Below the pieces are notes generated by a model, which was not told where the DNA came from, did no database searches, and saw only the letters and a program-made list of their open reading frames with translations. From positions 1-57,900 of IMG/VR virus record IMGVR_UViG_3300037524_000679: 57,900 nt of DNA. One strand, given 5' to 3'. The stretch's first letter is position 1. Each line of letters starts with the position of its first letter. The position numbers and the translations under genes are program-made. Below are positions 1-7,766 of the stretch, piece after piece. Source of the stretch: a virus (lineage: Duplodnaviria; Caudoviricetes).

Positions 1-357
1 ATGGGATGGAATACTTGGAAATCTATAGGTGAAAAACCTTTACCAGGTAGATTAAATGTGATACTTTCTAGACAGCCTAGAATTTTGCCTAGATCTAAAG
101 ATATAAAACTAATACATAATTTTTTAGATATAAATAAATTTAAAAATCCATATGTAATAGGTGGTGGTAGTGTATATAAAGAGTATTTGCCAATGGCAAA
201 TAAGCTGTACATTACTAATGTGTATAAAGATGTATATGGTACAGGTTGTATATATTTTCCAGTTATAGATAATAATTGGGAAGCACTCAGTAGAACGGAA
301 ATGTTACAATCTTGTACAGGATTATATTATAGATTTTCAGAATATGCAAGGATTTAA
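1..357 (+). CDS. folA: Dihydrofolate reductase (5'-truncated by window)
   Basis: MGWNTWKSIG..KPLPGRLNVILSR and VIGGGSVY motifs typical of DHFR. Confidence 0.9.
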   Translation: MGWNTWKSIGEKPLPGRLNVILSRQPRILPRSKDIKLIHNFLDINKFKNPYVIGGGSVYKEYLPMANKLYITNVYKDVYGTGCIYFPVIDNNWEALSRTEMLQSCTGLYYRFSEYARI

Positions 358-529
358 ATACGTTGAATGGAAAAAAGAAGTTGAAGACGCATTTATAAAT
401 TATGCTGGAGTTAGTGCACAAGAGTCTATAGCCGGTACTATATTATATCAGTATTTTAAACTAGGATATGAGCCAATAGATGTCGTTAAAGAAATTTCAG
501 AAAAAATTGACGCTTATGGAATTTATTAA
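344..529 (+). CDS. Hypothetical protein
   Basis: 61-aa ORF overlapping the DHFR end. Confidence 0.55.
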   Translation: MQGFKYVEWKKEVEDAFINYAGVSAQESIAGTILYQYFKLGYEPIDVVKEISEKIDAYGIY

Positions 530-689
530 ATGGAAGAGAGAAGTAAAGTATTGGTTGGTGAAAGACCATAAATTAGTAGAAGCACCAAGTCTTATAGAAA
601 ACTATAGATTTTTTAGAAATAATATACCACCAAGAGATGCAGCGGTATACTTAAGTAATATTATATATTATAGAGATTTAGGAATTTAA
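516..689 (+). CDS. Hypothetical protein
   Basis: Internal ATG (MEFIKWK) overlapping the previous ORF end. Confidence 0.5.
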   Translation: MEFIKWKREVKYWLVKDHKLVEAPSLIENYRFFRNNIPPRDAAVYLSNIIYYRDLGI

Positions 690-691
690 CC

Positions 692-721
692 TTGATTTAT
701 TTTACCCATAAGTGCTATAAT
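692..721 (+). promoter_or_regulatory. Sigma70-like promoter
   Basis: TTGATT, 18-nt spacer, extended -10 TGcTATAAT. Confidence 0.7.
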
Positions 722-745
722 ATCTTATACTGAAAGGAGAAGCAT

Positions 746-964
746 ATGGGTGAGAGATTCTACCTTCAGCAACAGCAATACTTTGGTAAAACTAGGTATA
801 AAAAGTTGACTACAGGAGAACTTAAGGTGCGTAAGTCGAAAGCTGAGTTGGTTGCAACTGTTAAAACTCTTTTAGATGCCGAAGTACCAGGCCTTGATAA
901 GTTAACTATAGCATCTTTGGAAGCACTTATTCAAGCTATTAAAGATTATCAGAGGACTCATTAA
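746..964 (+). CDS. Hypothetical protein
   Basis: Strong SD AAGGAG upstream; 72 aa. Confidence 0.7.
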   Translation: MGERFYLQQQQYFGKTRYKKLTTGELKVRKSKAELVATVKTLLDAEVPGLDKLTIASLEALIQAIKDYQRTH

Positions 965-1200
965 TGATTAAGGAATTTATCTATAAAAAACCCGAAGGTG
1001 AAATTTCTGAGCGATATGTTTGGGAAATTCATCCTGCTAGTGATAAAATGCTAGCTATTGATCTTTCTGAGTTTGATGAGAAAGATAGGGCTTATTATGT
1101 TGAAGCTCTAACTGATATTTATGAGCTTGTAAAAGAAGATATTAAACAGCTTGGACTAAGTTCAAATTATAGATATTTTAGGAAGGATAGGATTGTGTGA
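964..1200 (+). CDS. Hypothetical protein
   Basis: Coupled by TAATG overlap. Confidence 0.65.
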   Translation: MIKEFIYKKPEGEISERYVWEIHPASDKMLAIDLSEFDEKDRAYYVEALTDIYELVKEDIKQLGLSSNYRYFRKDRIV

Positions 1201-1709
1201 AAGCGTATAGAACATTGGTATTAAACGCAGATTTTATACCATTGCATCTTGTGCCACTATCTACTGTACCATGGCAAGATGCAATGGTACTTATTTTCCA
1301 TGGTAAAGCAACGGCTATTCAAAACTATAGTGATTTTGCTAGAACCCCCACAACGGAATATAGAATTCCAAGTGTTATAGTATTAAAGAACTACAAACAC
1401 TTTAATAAAAAAGCAAAACTAAATAAATTTAATATCAAATTAAGAGATGAATTTACTTGTCAATATTGTGGTAAAGTACATTCACACAAAGCATTAACTA
1501 TAGACCATGTAACTCCTAAATCCAAGGGAGGAAAAAATTCCTGGGATAACTTAGTTACTGCATGTAAACCATGCAATCATTCTAAGAAAAATAAAAGTTA
1601 TAGTCCAGTAAAAAAGCCTGTGGCTCCAACTTATTTTGATTTAGCTAAAAAATTATATAAATATGAGTCAATTAGAAATAATGATTGGCTCCCATATTTG
1701 AGATTCTAA
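1197..1709 (+). CDS. HNH endonuclease (McrA-like)
   Basis: RDEFTCQYCG..TIDHVTPKSKGG..WDNLVTACKPCN. Confidence 0.9.
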   Translation: MKAYRTLVLNADFIPLHLVPLSTVPWQDAMVLIFHGKATAIQNYSDFARTPTTEYRIPSVIVLKNYKHFNKKAKLNKFNIKLRDEFTCQYCGKVHSHKALTIDHVTPKSKGGKNSWDNLVTACKPCNHSKKNKSYSPVKKPVAPTYFDLAKKLYKYESIRNNDWLPYLRF

Positions 1710-2212
1710 TGGAAAGTATAGAAAATTTAAAAGAGAATATTAGAAAGCTAACTATAGAAAGAGATAGTTTAGAGCTACAAGTATCAAATCTTTTAGCAAA
1801 AATAAAAGCAGACACTAACATTTTAGATGAAGCTAAAATGTTACACGATACTGTTCCAAGAGATTTTTTTGTTACAAATGCTGCTGAAGCATTTTTAGTT
1901 GGCGAAAAAGAGCTAGAAATTATTAATTTACTAGACGATAAGAGTATAAGGAAATTTTTAGAACATTCCTTAGATTTAACTATAGATGAAAATAATGATA
2001 TATTTTTAGGTAAAAAACTTATAGGAACAGCAAAAGATGAAAGTTTAAAAACATTCTTAAAAGAATTGGTACCAGTATTGCCATATATGTTCAAAATATA
2101 TACTAGGTACTATCATTTTTCAAACTTATGTTTGGACATAGATATAAAATATAATTATTTAGGAAAAAACTTTCAGCAAAAAATGCAGGGAGAGGAATTA
2201 TTTAACAGATGA
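1709..2212 (+). CDS. Hypothetical protein with N-terminal coiled coil
   Basis: TAATG-coupled start MESIENL. Confidence 0.6.
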   Translation: MESIENLKENIRKLTIERDSLELQVSNLLAKIKADTNILDEAKMLHDTVPRDFFVTNAAEAFLVGEKELEIINLLDDKSIRKFLEHSLDLTIDENNDIFLGKKLIGTAKDESLKTFLKELVPVLPYMFKIYTRYYHFSNLCLDIDIKYNYLGKNFQQKMQGEELFNR

Positions 2213-2694
2213 GAAATATAATAGCTAGTCTTATTATATTTTTCTCTACTATATCAGACATACGCTCAGAGCAGCAAATTGAGTACACTGAGATAAAGCC
2301 TTATATAATAGAAAAGTATGATGTTGACTTGCTTTTATATACAAAGGTTTTATTAGTAGCTAATGCTAATAGTGGTCCAGTATTTAAGGCCAATGATATA
2401 TTAGCAATAATTGGAATAGAATCCTCGTGGAATCCAAAAGCAAAATCTTCGCATGGTGCAATTGGACTAACACAGATAATTCCAAAGTATTGGAAAGTTG
2501 ACCATAAAATTGAAACACAAGTAGAAACTACTTATAAAATATTAAATGAATATTATTCAGAATTAAAAGATAAAAATAAAACGATAATTGCTTATAATTG
2601 TGGCTTAACTAACTTTAAGCAGGGGAAATGTGGTAAAAAGTATTTAAGGAAATTTAATAAGGAATTAAAGGAGATTGAAGAAAATGAAGTTTAA
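2209..2694 (+). CDS. Lytic transglycosylase (SLT domain), candidate endolysin
   Basis: IESS..NPKAKS..GAIGLTQI..AYNCG motifs; N-terminal hydrophobic segment. Confidence 0.85.
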   Translation: MRNIIASLIIFFSTISDIRSEQQIEYTEIKPYIIEKYDVDLLLYTKVLLVANANSGPVFKANDILAIIGIESSWNPKAKSSHGAIGLTQIIPKYWKVDHKIETQVETTYKILNEYYSELKDKNKTIIAYNCGLTNFKQGKCGKKYLRKFNKELKEIEENEV

Positions 2695-3337
2695 TAAATT
2701 GATTTATGCTATGCTAATGATTAGTACCTCTGCACTAGGAACAAACAATGGGAATAATGGGAATAGTGGCTCGGATATTGATATTGGCAACAGTCTTAGC
2801 AATTACAGTCGAGTTGATGTACAAAGCACAAGTATTGGTATAAATAGTAATACAAATAAGGCTTATGGAGGAAATGCTAGAAGTAATTCTAATAGTGTTT
2901 CTAAAAGTAAGTCTGTTGCTACTGGTGGTAATAGCTACGCTACTGGTGGTAATGCAACAAGTTCAGCATATAGTGGAGGAAATACACAAAGTGTTTCTAT
3001 TGTAGAAAATGGAAATACTCATTATAGTGGTTCTTATGATGTAAGAACTGTTGGTAATGCACCAGATGTTGTATCATATTCAACAGCCCCATGTAGGGTA
3101 GCTATTGGTGCATCTGGAGGCTGGTTGGGTGGAGCTTTTGGTTTTACTGGATCAGTATTAGATGAAGGATGTGATATTTGGCGTGATGTTGTAAATCTTA
3201 CAGCACACAATTATAAAGAAGCCGCAGATATGCGGCTTTGTGATAAGCCAGAGCTAAAGAAAGTATTAACGCATTGTAATGCTATGGGATATGATACCAA
3301 TAAGGAAAAAATCTCTAGTCCATTTAATGTGCATTAA
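2684..3337 (+). CDS. Putative exported Gly/Asn/Ser-rich protein
   Basis: Signal peptide-like N-terminus, repeated ATGGN units, Cys-containing C-terminal domain. Confidence 0.65.
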   Translation: MKFNKLIYAMLMISTSALGTNNGNNGNSGSDIDIGNSLSNYSRVDVQSTSIGINSNTNKAYGGNARSNSNSVSKSKSVATGGNSYATGGNATSSAYSGGNTQSVSIVENGNTHYSGSYDVRTVGNAPDVVSYSTAPCRVAIGASGGWLGGAFGFTGSVLDEGCDIWRDVVNLTAHNYKEAADMRLCDKPELKKVLTHCNAMGYDTNKEKISSPFNVH

Positions 3338-3347
3338 AACTTTAAAC

Positions 3348-3377
3348 TTGAATAGTTTTGGTATTTATTGATATAAT
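3348..3377 (+). promoter_or_regulatory. Sigma70-like promoter for tRNA cluster
   Basis: TTGAAT, 18-nt spacer, TGaTATAAT, 21 nt upstream of tRNA-Glu. Confidence 0.7.
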
Positions 3378-3398
3378 ATTCTTATAAATTGAGAATAC

Positions 3399-3474
3399 GT
3401 CCCCATCGTCTAACGGTTAGGACATTAGCCTTTCAAGCTAAAGATTGCGGGTTCGAATCCCGCTGGGGACGCCA
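3399..3474 (+). tRNA. tRNA-Glu(UUC)
   Basis: Cloverleaf, anticodon loop CTTTCAA, T-loop TTCGAAT, encoded CCA. Confidence 0.95.
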
Positions 3475-3489
3475 TTTTTAAGGTAGTAG

Positions 3490-3918
3490 ATGAAAAAATT
3501 AGTCTTGCTAATAGCACTAATTCCATCTATTGCACACTCAGAGTGTAAAGTAGATGAAAAGAGTGCTATCTATAAAGAAGTACCAGCATACAGACTACAA
3601 GGAAGAGTAGCTCAAGCTTATATTAAAGGTGATAAGCATATAATTGAATATAGCGCGGAAGTAAAATATTTACCAGAACCTCTTAAAAAGCATATATTAG
3701 CACACGAATGTGCTCATCATAGACTAAAGCATACATCTATGCCAATGGCTTATGATTTAGATAAGTTTGAGTTTGAGGCAGATTGTGATGCTATAAAACA
3801 ATTAAATTGGAATAGTTCTGATATTTCTAATTTAGAAGATATTTGGCGAAAAGTTTATCCATCAGATTATGTAGATTCTAGAAGTGGGTCCTTAAAGAAA
3901 TGTTTGCCTCCGAACTAA
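3490..3918 (+). CDS. Putative exported zinc metallopeptidase-like protein
   Basis: Signal peptide; LAHECAH (HExxH) and downstream EFEADC. Confidence 0.65.
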   Translation: MKKLVLLIALIPSIAHSECKVDEKSAIYKEVPAYRLQGRVAQAYIKGDKHIIEYSAEVKYLPEPLKKHILAHECAHHRLKHTSMPMAYDLDKFEFEADCDAIKQLNWNSSDISNLEDIWRKVYPSDYVDSRSGSLKKCLPPN

Positions 3919-4121
3919 AAAATATTATAGATCAAAGCTGTAATTCACATTTAATATGGCACAGGTCTTCTGGTGATGGTATGACAGTACCTCCAGAACT
4001 AAAAATATTAGTTCCATATTATAGAGAAGATGGTACCTTTTATGGATATGGTGAAGCATTTGCTTATTATGATCCTTTAGTAGGTGGATTAATTATAGAA
4101 CAAATACCAATGGGACAGTAG
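3900..4121 (+). CDS. Hypothetical protein (stop codon inside tRNA-Phe)
   Basis: 73-aa ORF; TAG 4119-4121 is tRNA positions 8-10. Confidence 0.55.
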   Translation: MFASELKNIIDQSCNSHLIWHRSSGDGMTVPPELKILVPYYREDGTFYGYGEAFAYYDPLVGGLIIEQIPMGQ

Positions 4122-4187
4122 CTCAACTGGTAGAGCGGCAGCCTGAAGAGCTGCGCGCAGCAGGTTCGACTCCTGCCTGTCCCACCA
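4112..4187 (+). tRNA. tRNA-Phe(GAA)
   Basis: GCAGC-CTGAAGA-GCTGC anticodon arm, CCA. Confidence 0.95.
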
Positions 4188-4191
4188 AAAT

Positions 4192-4267
4192 GGGCCTTTA
4201 GCATAACGGTTAATGCAGAAGACTCATAATCTTTTGATTGTAGGTTCAAATCCTACAAGGCCCACCA
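4192..4267 (+). tRNA. tRNA with CAU anticodon (Ile2 likely, elongator Met possible)
   Basis: Loop CTCATAA; GGGCCTT/AAGGCCC acceptor resembles Ile2. Confidence 0.9.
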
Positions 4268-4269
4268 AT

Positions 4270-4611
4270 ATGACAGACAAAATTAAGAAAATAGATTGGG
4301 AAAAATTCAAAGAGTTTCAAGAACTATTTCAAAAAGCTATGAAGGAGTATGAAGAGGAATCAGAAAAATTCTGGAACTCTTTATCAATGGAAGACCAAAT
4401 AAAAGTATTTTGTGCAGTTTCTAGACGTATATATGATGGTGATGTAAGAGATAATGGGACCTATAGATACGTTCTATATGATGTATTTGGTTTTGATGAA
4501 TCAGCATATGCCGTAGCTCAAGTGGCTGGATATTTAGAAATTCATAACCTAATAGGTGATGGCATTGAGTATAACAAAGGGAAACTACATGAGATCGAAC
4601 TACTGGAGTAA
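4270..4611 (+). CDS. Hypothetical protein
   Basis: ATG 2 nt after the tRNA CCA; the longer track ORF runs through the tRNA. Confidence 0.7.
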   Translation: MTDKIKKIDWEKFKEFQELFQKAMKEYEEESEKFWNSLSMEDQIKVFCAVSRRIYDGDVRDNGTYRYVLYDVFGFDESAYAVAQVAGYLEIHNLIGDGIEYNKGKLHEIELLE

Positions 4612-5341
4612 TTCAAAGATTTCTAAGTATCTGCGGTCTAAAGTTGGCATTGAAAGTCCAGAAGCGCTAACTTGGAGTGAATGGAAAGATTGGCGTAATA
4701 ATTATAAAATTACTAGCCCTAAAATGTATTGGTTTACAGAAGAACTTTTTGATAAAATTCAAAATGTAGTTAATTTTATTCCAGATAAGTTATATGATAT
4801 TAAATATTATCTTAGGAATAGGTTTGTAACTAAAACTCATTACTTGAAAACGGGGCTAAAACTAGGCCATTGGCATGAGTTAGATGATAGGATTCTTCAT
4901 GGCTTATTTAATGAGCTAGTGGACTTTGTAGAAATAGAAAAAGCTTGGATGTTTGTTGTATTTGATGACAAAGCTTTTGCAGAATATAACTTTCCTAAAT
5001 CATTTAGAAATAGGTTTCTACGTTGGAAGCATTTCAGATGCCCAGAAGCCGGTATAGCTCATTTAAATTGGGAAGCATGTTTAGAGGATAGTGAAACACA
5101 ATCAAATACAGCTAAAGAAATACTTTTTCTGTACGATTGGTGGAAAAATATCAGGCCAAATAGACCAGATCCATATGAGCTATCTGGATATGATAAGTTA
5201 GATCATGAATTTGATGATAATCCAAAGCCAGAAGTATATAAGGCTTTAGAAAAAGTTAATGAAATTGAAATTAAGTATAATGATGAAGATACAGAAATGT
5301 TAACTTCACTAATTAAAATTAGAAATAGTCTTTGGACATAA
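4589..5341 (+). CDS. Trp-rich hypothetical phage protein
   Basis: About 250-aa ORF, likely start MRSNYW. Confidence 0.75.
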   Translation: MRSNYWSNSKISKYLRSKVGIESPEALTWSEWKDWRNNYKITSPKMYWFTEELFDKIQNVVNFIPDKLYDIKYYLRNRFVTKTHYLKTGLKLGHWHELDDRILHGLFNELVDFVEIEKAWMFVVFDDKAFAEYNFPKSFRNRFLRWKHFRCPEAGIAHLNWEACLEDSETQSNTAKEILFLYDWWKNIRPNRPDPYELSGYDKLDHEFDDNPKPEVYKALEKVNEIEIKYNDEDTEMLTSLIKIRNSLWT

Positions 5342-5351
5342 GGAGATAAAT

Positions 5352-5540
5352 ATGAATAAGTTTATTATAGCAGGATTGATTACTATTGTTGGTGTAGCAG
5401 GTTGTGCAACTCGTGGCTCAGTAGAGGAAGTTAAGGGAATTGCACTAGAGGCGCAGCGTAAGGCAGATGCAGCAGCACAGTGCTGTGTTAATACCGATGC
5501 TAAGATTGATGCTATGTTTAAGAAATCAATGATGAAGTAA
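5352..5540 (+). CDS. Alanine-zipper lipoprotein (Lpp/OprI-like)
   Basis: SD AAGGAG; lipobox VAGC; Ala-rich coiled coil; C-terminal MFKKSMMK. Confidence 0.75.
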   Translation: MNKFIIAGLITIVGVAGCATRGSVEEVKGIALEAQRKADAAAQCCVNTDAKIDAMFKKSMMK

Positions 5541-5544
5541 TATT

Positions 5545-5799
5545 ATGCCAATCTATAAAATAGAAACTGTTTCACTATTTAAGCATGTGTATTTTATAGA
5601 AGCTAAAGAATTAAGTCACGCTTTAGATGAACTGCTTTGTGCAGAGGTAGAAGAGACAGATCAAGTTCATTTGGACGAAACTGTCTTCTCTACAAAGCGT
5701 GTTTCTTTAGAGGAGTTTAAAGAGTCATTAACAGATGCTATGAATGGGTATATGGGAATGGCTAATATCCATAGAATTGATTATGGAAGAGATAGATAA
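5545..5799 (+). CDS. Hypothetical protein
   Basis: 84-aa ORF. Confidence 0.65.
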   Translation: MPIYKIETVSLFKHVYFIEAKELSHALDELLCAEVEETDQVHLDETVFSTKRVSLEEFKESLTDAMNGYMGMANIHRIDYGRDR

Positions 5800-5920
5800 A
5801 ATTAAACAAGAAATAGAAGATATTAAAAAGCAATTAAAAGAATATGAAGAAGTATTCATAGCTTTATTTGGATTAGCTAACTATACTATAGCTAAAACTA
5901 TTTACAAGAAAAAAGACTAG
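5783..5920 (+). CDS. Small hypothetical protein (45 aa; stop overlaps tRNA-Gln)
   Basis: MEEIDKIKQE...KKKD*, read by eye, below track cutoff. Confidence 0.5.
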   Translation: MEEIDKIKQEIEDIKKQLKEYEEVFIALFGLANYTIAKTIYKKKD

Positions 5921-5992
5921 GGGATTTGTGTAACGGCAGCACTGCAGACTTTGACTCTGTAAGTCCAGGTTCGAATCCTGGATCCCCTTCCA
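5919..5992 (+). tRNA. tRNA-Gln(UUG)
   Basis: AGGGGAT/ATCCCCT acceptor, loop CTTTGAC, CCA. Confidence 0.93.
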
Positions 5993-6001
5993 GGAATAAA
6001 A

Positions 6002-6088
6002 ATGGTAGAAATTTTAATAACCTTTTTAACCATAACTACAATTTTTCTTGTTATGGTAACAGTATTATATTTTTTAAATGCAAAATGA
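6002..6088 (+). CDS. Single-TM micropeptide (28 aa)
   Basis: MVEILITFLTITTIFLVMVTVLYFLNAK; AGGA SD. Confidence 0.5.
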   Translation: MVEILITFLTITTIFLVMVTVLYFLNAK

Positions 6089-6168
6089 ACGAATTAATTA
6101 TTATACTTAGTATTACTATTATAGTAATACCATTATACTTATACATTAGAGATAAATTCTCCTCGTAG
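6085..6168 (+). CDS. Single-TM micropeptide (27 aa; stop inside tRNA-Arg)
   Basis: ATGA coupling; MNELIIILSITIIVIPLYLYIRDKFSS. Confidence 0.5.
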   Translation: MNELIIILSITIIVIPLYLYIRDKFSS

Positions 6169-6235
6169 TTCAATTGGATAGAGCAACGGACTTCTAATCC
6201 GTAAGTTGAAGGTTCGAATCCTTCCGAGGGGACCA
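6159..6235 (+). tRNA. tRNA-Arg(UCU)
   Basis: ACGGA-CTTCTAA-TCCGT, CCA. Confidence 0.95.
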
Positions 6236-6240
6236 ATTAA

Positions 6241-6316
6241 GCTTCCATGGTGTTAAGGGCCAGCATGTCGTCCTTCCAAGTCGAAGGTGTCGGTTCGAAT
6301 CCGACTGGAAGCTCCA
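6241..6316 (+). tRNA. tRNA-Gly(UCC)
   Basis: Loop CTTCCAA, U73, CCA. Confidence 0.93.
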
Positions 6317-6342
6317 TTATTTATTATACTTAGGAGAATATT

Positions 6343-7110
6343 ATGGGAAAATTACACGAACTACTAGCCGTTGAAAAGACTAAGGTTAATGCATCTACTA
6401 AGCTTTTAACTGATACTGTACACAAATTTAAGAAGCCAGAATATTTTTCTGGTCATGTAAAGTCACTAAAGATGATTGAGGATTCTGAGCAGAATCGTGC
6501 TGTTCAAGACAGTGCTTATGATGTTCGTAATCTTCCAACTACTGTTGTAGAAACTCTAGAATATGCACTTAAGTTTTGGGCAGACTCTGAAAATGTTCTA
6601 TATCAAAAGAACAAGACAAATCAGTATGCAATGGCTGATTTAATGTATAACGGAGAAGTAGTAGCAAAGGATGTTCCAGTAGATGAGTTACTTGGTTTAG
6701 AAACAAGACTACAGACACTTCGTAGTGTATTTGATGAAATGCCAACTCTAACTGCTGCTGTCAAGTGGACAGGGGATTGGGATTCTAATCGCCGCGGCGC
6801 TTGGATGGCAGTTAATCCAGAAGTAACAACTAAGACTGAGCGTACTACTGTACCAGTAGTTTTATACGATGCTACAGATAAGCATCCAGCTCAGGTTAAG
6901 GAATCTACAGTAGATCGCACTGTTGGTACATTTACGTTACAGAAGTATAGTGGCGCTGCCACTTCAGCAGAGAAGGCTAAGGCAATAAATATTGTGGATA
7001 ACCTTTTAGCAGAAGTTAAGCAAGCTCGTATGCGCGCTAACAGTGTAGAAGCTAATACAGATACTATTGGCGAAAAGCTAGTAGGTATCATAATGGATGC
7101 ATTTAAGTAA
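6343..7110 (+). CDS. Uncharacterised 255-aa protein directly upstream of permuted tRNA-like RNAs
   Basis: SD AGGAG; N-terminal KLHELLAVEK and C-terminal VKQARMRAN; family not assignable without HMM search. Confidence 0.85.
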   Translation: MGKLHELLAVEKTKVNASTKLLTDTVHKFKKPEYFSGHVKSLKMIEDSEQNRAVQDSAYDVRNLPTTVVETLEYALKFWADSENVLYQKNKTNQYAMADLMYNGEVVAKDVPVDELLGLETRLQTLRSVFDEMPTLTAAVKWTGDWDSNRRGAWMAVNPEVTTKTERTTVPVVLYDATDKHPAQVKESTVDRTVGTFTLQKYSGAATSAEKAKAINIVDNLLAEVKQARMRANSVEANTDTIGEKLVGIIMDAFK

Positions 7111-7113
7111 GAT

Positions 7114-7278
7114 TTGAGGCAAATTTATATTTATAGTCAGTGCTTACATTTTTTCTTGTAGGTTCGAATCCTACCCGTCCCACCATCTATGGGAGGGTGG
7201 CGAAATTGGCAAACGCTTGCACACAATGCAATGAAAAATGGCACATTATCGTATAACTGTGTTATCGTATAGCCTCAA
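7114..7278 (+). ncRNA. Circularly permuted tRNA-like module 1 (YrlA-like topology)
   Basis: T-arm GTAGG-TTCGAAT-CCTAC (7158-74), CCGTCCC-ACCA (7175-85), then GGGAGGG (7191-97) and Leu-like D-arm; closed by TTGAGGC/GCCTCAA. Confidence 0.75.
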
Positions 7279-7294
7279 CATTATTATCTTGAAC

Positions 7295-7510
7295 GGTTTG
7301 CTAAGAATAGTATAAAATATAATTATTAAATCGAAATGATTTAATAACCATAAGTTCCTGGTTCAAGTCCAGGCCCAGTCGCCAAAGTGTATTAATTTAG
7401 TATACTTTGGGGCTGGGTAGCTAAATGGTATAGCAAATGGTACTAGACTATATTTGAAATATATATTTACATCTTTATAATAACGTATTTTAGTACTAGA
7501 CCTAGCAAAT
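7295..7510 (+). ncRNA. Circularly permuted tRNA-like module 2 (YrlA-like topology)
   Basis: T-arm CCTGG-TTCAAGT-CCAGG (7357-73), CCCAGTC-GCCA (7374-84), GGCTGGG (7411-17), D-arm GCTA-AATGGTA-TAGC; closed by TTTGCTA/TAGCAAA, TAGTA/TACTA, TAAAATAT/GTATTTTA. Confidence 0.8.
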
Positions 7511-7601
7511 GGACCTAAAATCCGGGTATTGCTGATGGGATAGGCTACATCCCACAGCAATACCTCTAATAAATATTTTTACAGTGTTTATTAGAGGTAT
7601 T

Positions 7602-7678
7602 GCCATCGTAGCCCAATTGGCAGAGGCGTTAGCCTTAGGAGCTAAACAGTGTCAGTTCGAATCTGACCGATGGTACCA
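7602..7678 (+). tRNA. tRNA-Leu(UAG), short variable loop
   Basis: TTAGC-CTTAGGA-GCTAA, A73, CCA. Confidence 0.9.
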
Positions 7679-7684
7679 ATTTAC

Positions 7685-7760
7685 GGCTCGTTAGCATAGT
7701 GGCTAATGCACTACCCTGTCACGGTAGTTATCATGGGTTCGAGTCCCATACGAGTCGCCA
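7685..7760 (+). tRNA. tRNA-Asp(GUC)
   Basis: CTACC-CTGTCAC-GGTAG, G73, CCA. Confidence 0.95.
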
Positions 7761-7766
7761 GTTAGT

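Noticed and set aside
7141-7445. Two ordinary tRNA genes or an intron-containing tRNA
   Set aside because: The 5' half at 7191 (GGGAGGG) does not pair with the 3' half at 7374 (CCCAGTC); each 5' half matches the 3' half upstream of it, and no anticodon loop exists
7602-7678. Amber suppressor or stop-codon recoding
   Set aside because: Anticodon UAG reads CUA (Leu); core genes are intact under the standard code and all three stop codons are used
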